Assembly (NCBI GenBank): GCA_049698675.1
Contig: JBAVYG010000735.1
Span: 1 to 35,962 of the forward strand
From: Terriglobia bacterium
GTDB lineage: Bacteria; Acidobacteriota; Terriglobia; UBA7540
Reading direction: 5' to 3'
Length of the DNA stretch: 35,962 nt
The translations under genes were made by a program, and so were the position numbers. The first letter of the stretch is position 1, and the number at the start of each line of letters is the position of its first letter. Positions 35,631 through 35,962 of this stretch are shown piece by piece. Below the pieces are notes generated by a model. The model saw only the letters and a list, made by a program, of their open reading frames with translations, was not told where the DNA came from and did no database searches.

Positions 35631-35770
35631 GAATTCTGAATTGTGAATTCTGAAGTGTGGAGTCCGAAGTGTAAAGTCTGAAGTGTGAAGTCTGAATGAT
35701 GAGTCTTGAATCTTGAATCTCGAATTTTGAATTGCCTTCAACTGACAACGGACCACGGACGACCAACCTT
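35631..35770. repeat. Heptamer array G: 20 in-phase heptamers (15 x GAAKTST-type, then cttcaac tgacaac ggaccac ggacgac caacctt)
   Basis: Parsed by hand. 140 bp in unbroken 7-nt phase. It starts 2 nt after the permease TAG and ends 5 nt before the ATPase ATG. Confidence 0.85.
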
Positions 35771-35775
35771 AAACA

Positions 35776-35962
35776 ATGGACGAACGCGCTTTGCAAGCCG
35801 ATATTACCGAATTAAGTCCAGCACAGGGAATACGCCATCATTTGCGGGTGGAAGGAGTTTCATTCCGTTACCCACACTTTGAACTGGCGTCGATAAGCTT
35901 CGAAGCGCATTCGGGGGATGTTGTCGCCCTCATTGGTCCCAATGGCTCGGGCAAGTCAACGC
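35776..35962 (+). CDS. ABC-transporter ATP-binding protein (FecE/BtuD-like), 3'-truncated at window edge
   Basis: My translation is 'MDERALQADITELSPAQGIRHHLRVEGVSFRYPHFELASISFEAHSGDVVALIGPNGSGKST', with Walker A 'GPNGSGKST'. The frame is open to the end of the window. Confidence 0.85.
   Translation, partial: MDERALQADITELSPAQGIRHHLRVEGVSFRYPHFELASISFEAHSGDVVALIGPNGSGKST

Noticed and set aside
12087-35770. Whether the repeat arrays could be CRISPR arrays
   Set aside because: The period is 7-8 nt, there is no repeat-spacer architecture, and no cas genes are in the window.

Overview
High-GC (about 60%) bacterial chromosomal window. The gene content looks like a soil Acidobacteriota-type genome, which is inference only: Ser/Thr kinase with an N-terminal zinc ribbon, PEGA/PDZ protein, and many secreted hypothetical proteins. 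I support about 30 protein genes. They include a 5'-truncated hybrid PAS/GAF histidine kinase next to a doubly degenerate REC-GGDEF protein, and a GH36 alpha-galactosidase. There is a Ser/Thr kinase with a PEGA-PDZ protein, NAD salvage genes pncB and pncA with a USP, and a divergent EF-P followed by a PAT-type GNAT. Three secreted hypothetical proteins and a beta-lactamase-family hydrolase follow. Next is a Tat-exported PaoABC-like molybdoenzyme operon with a coupled Cys-rich micro-ORF. Then come YihY, a double-SIS protein, an XRE regulator, an MFS transporter, a USP with an ArsB/NhaD permease, and a Lon-N domain protein. The window ends with a BtuF/FecCD/ATPase-type ABC importer, truncated at the 3' edge. 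Two tRNAs, Arg-TCT and His-GTG, lie on the minus strand. I see no CRISPR array, no intact mobile element and no recognisable defence genes. The most unusual signal is non-genic. At least eight intergenic sites carry phased, degenerate heptanucleotide tandem arrays, about 0.7 kb in total, built from a small shared set of core words. Two of these arrays form 70/84-nt near-perfect inverted repeats that bracket the GNAT gene between efp and the tRNA genes. Secondary points are an integrase C-terminal remnant and a permease N-terminal remnant flanking the MFS gene (a rearrangement scar), a 25-26 bp perfect palindromic element, and an octamer-repeat hairpin. All calls come from reading the sequence and translations; no database search was possible.
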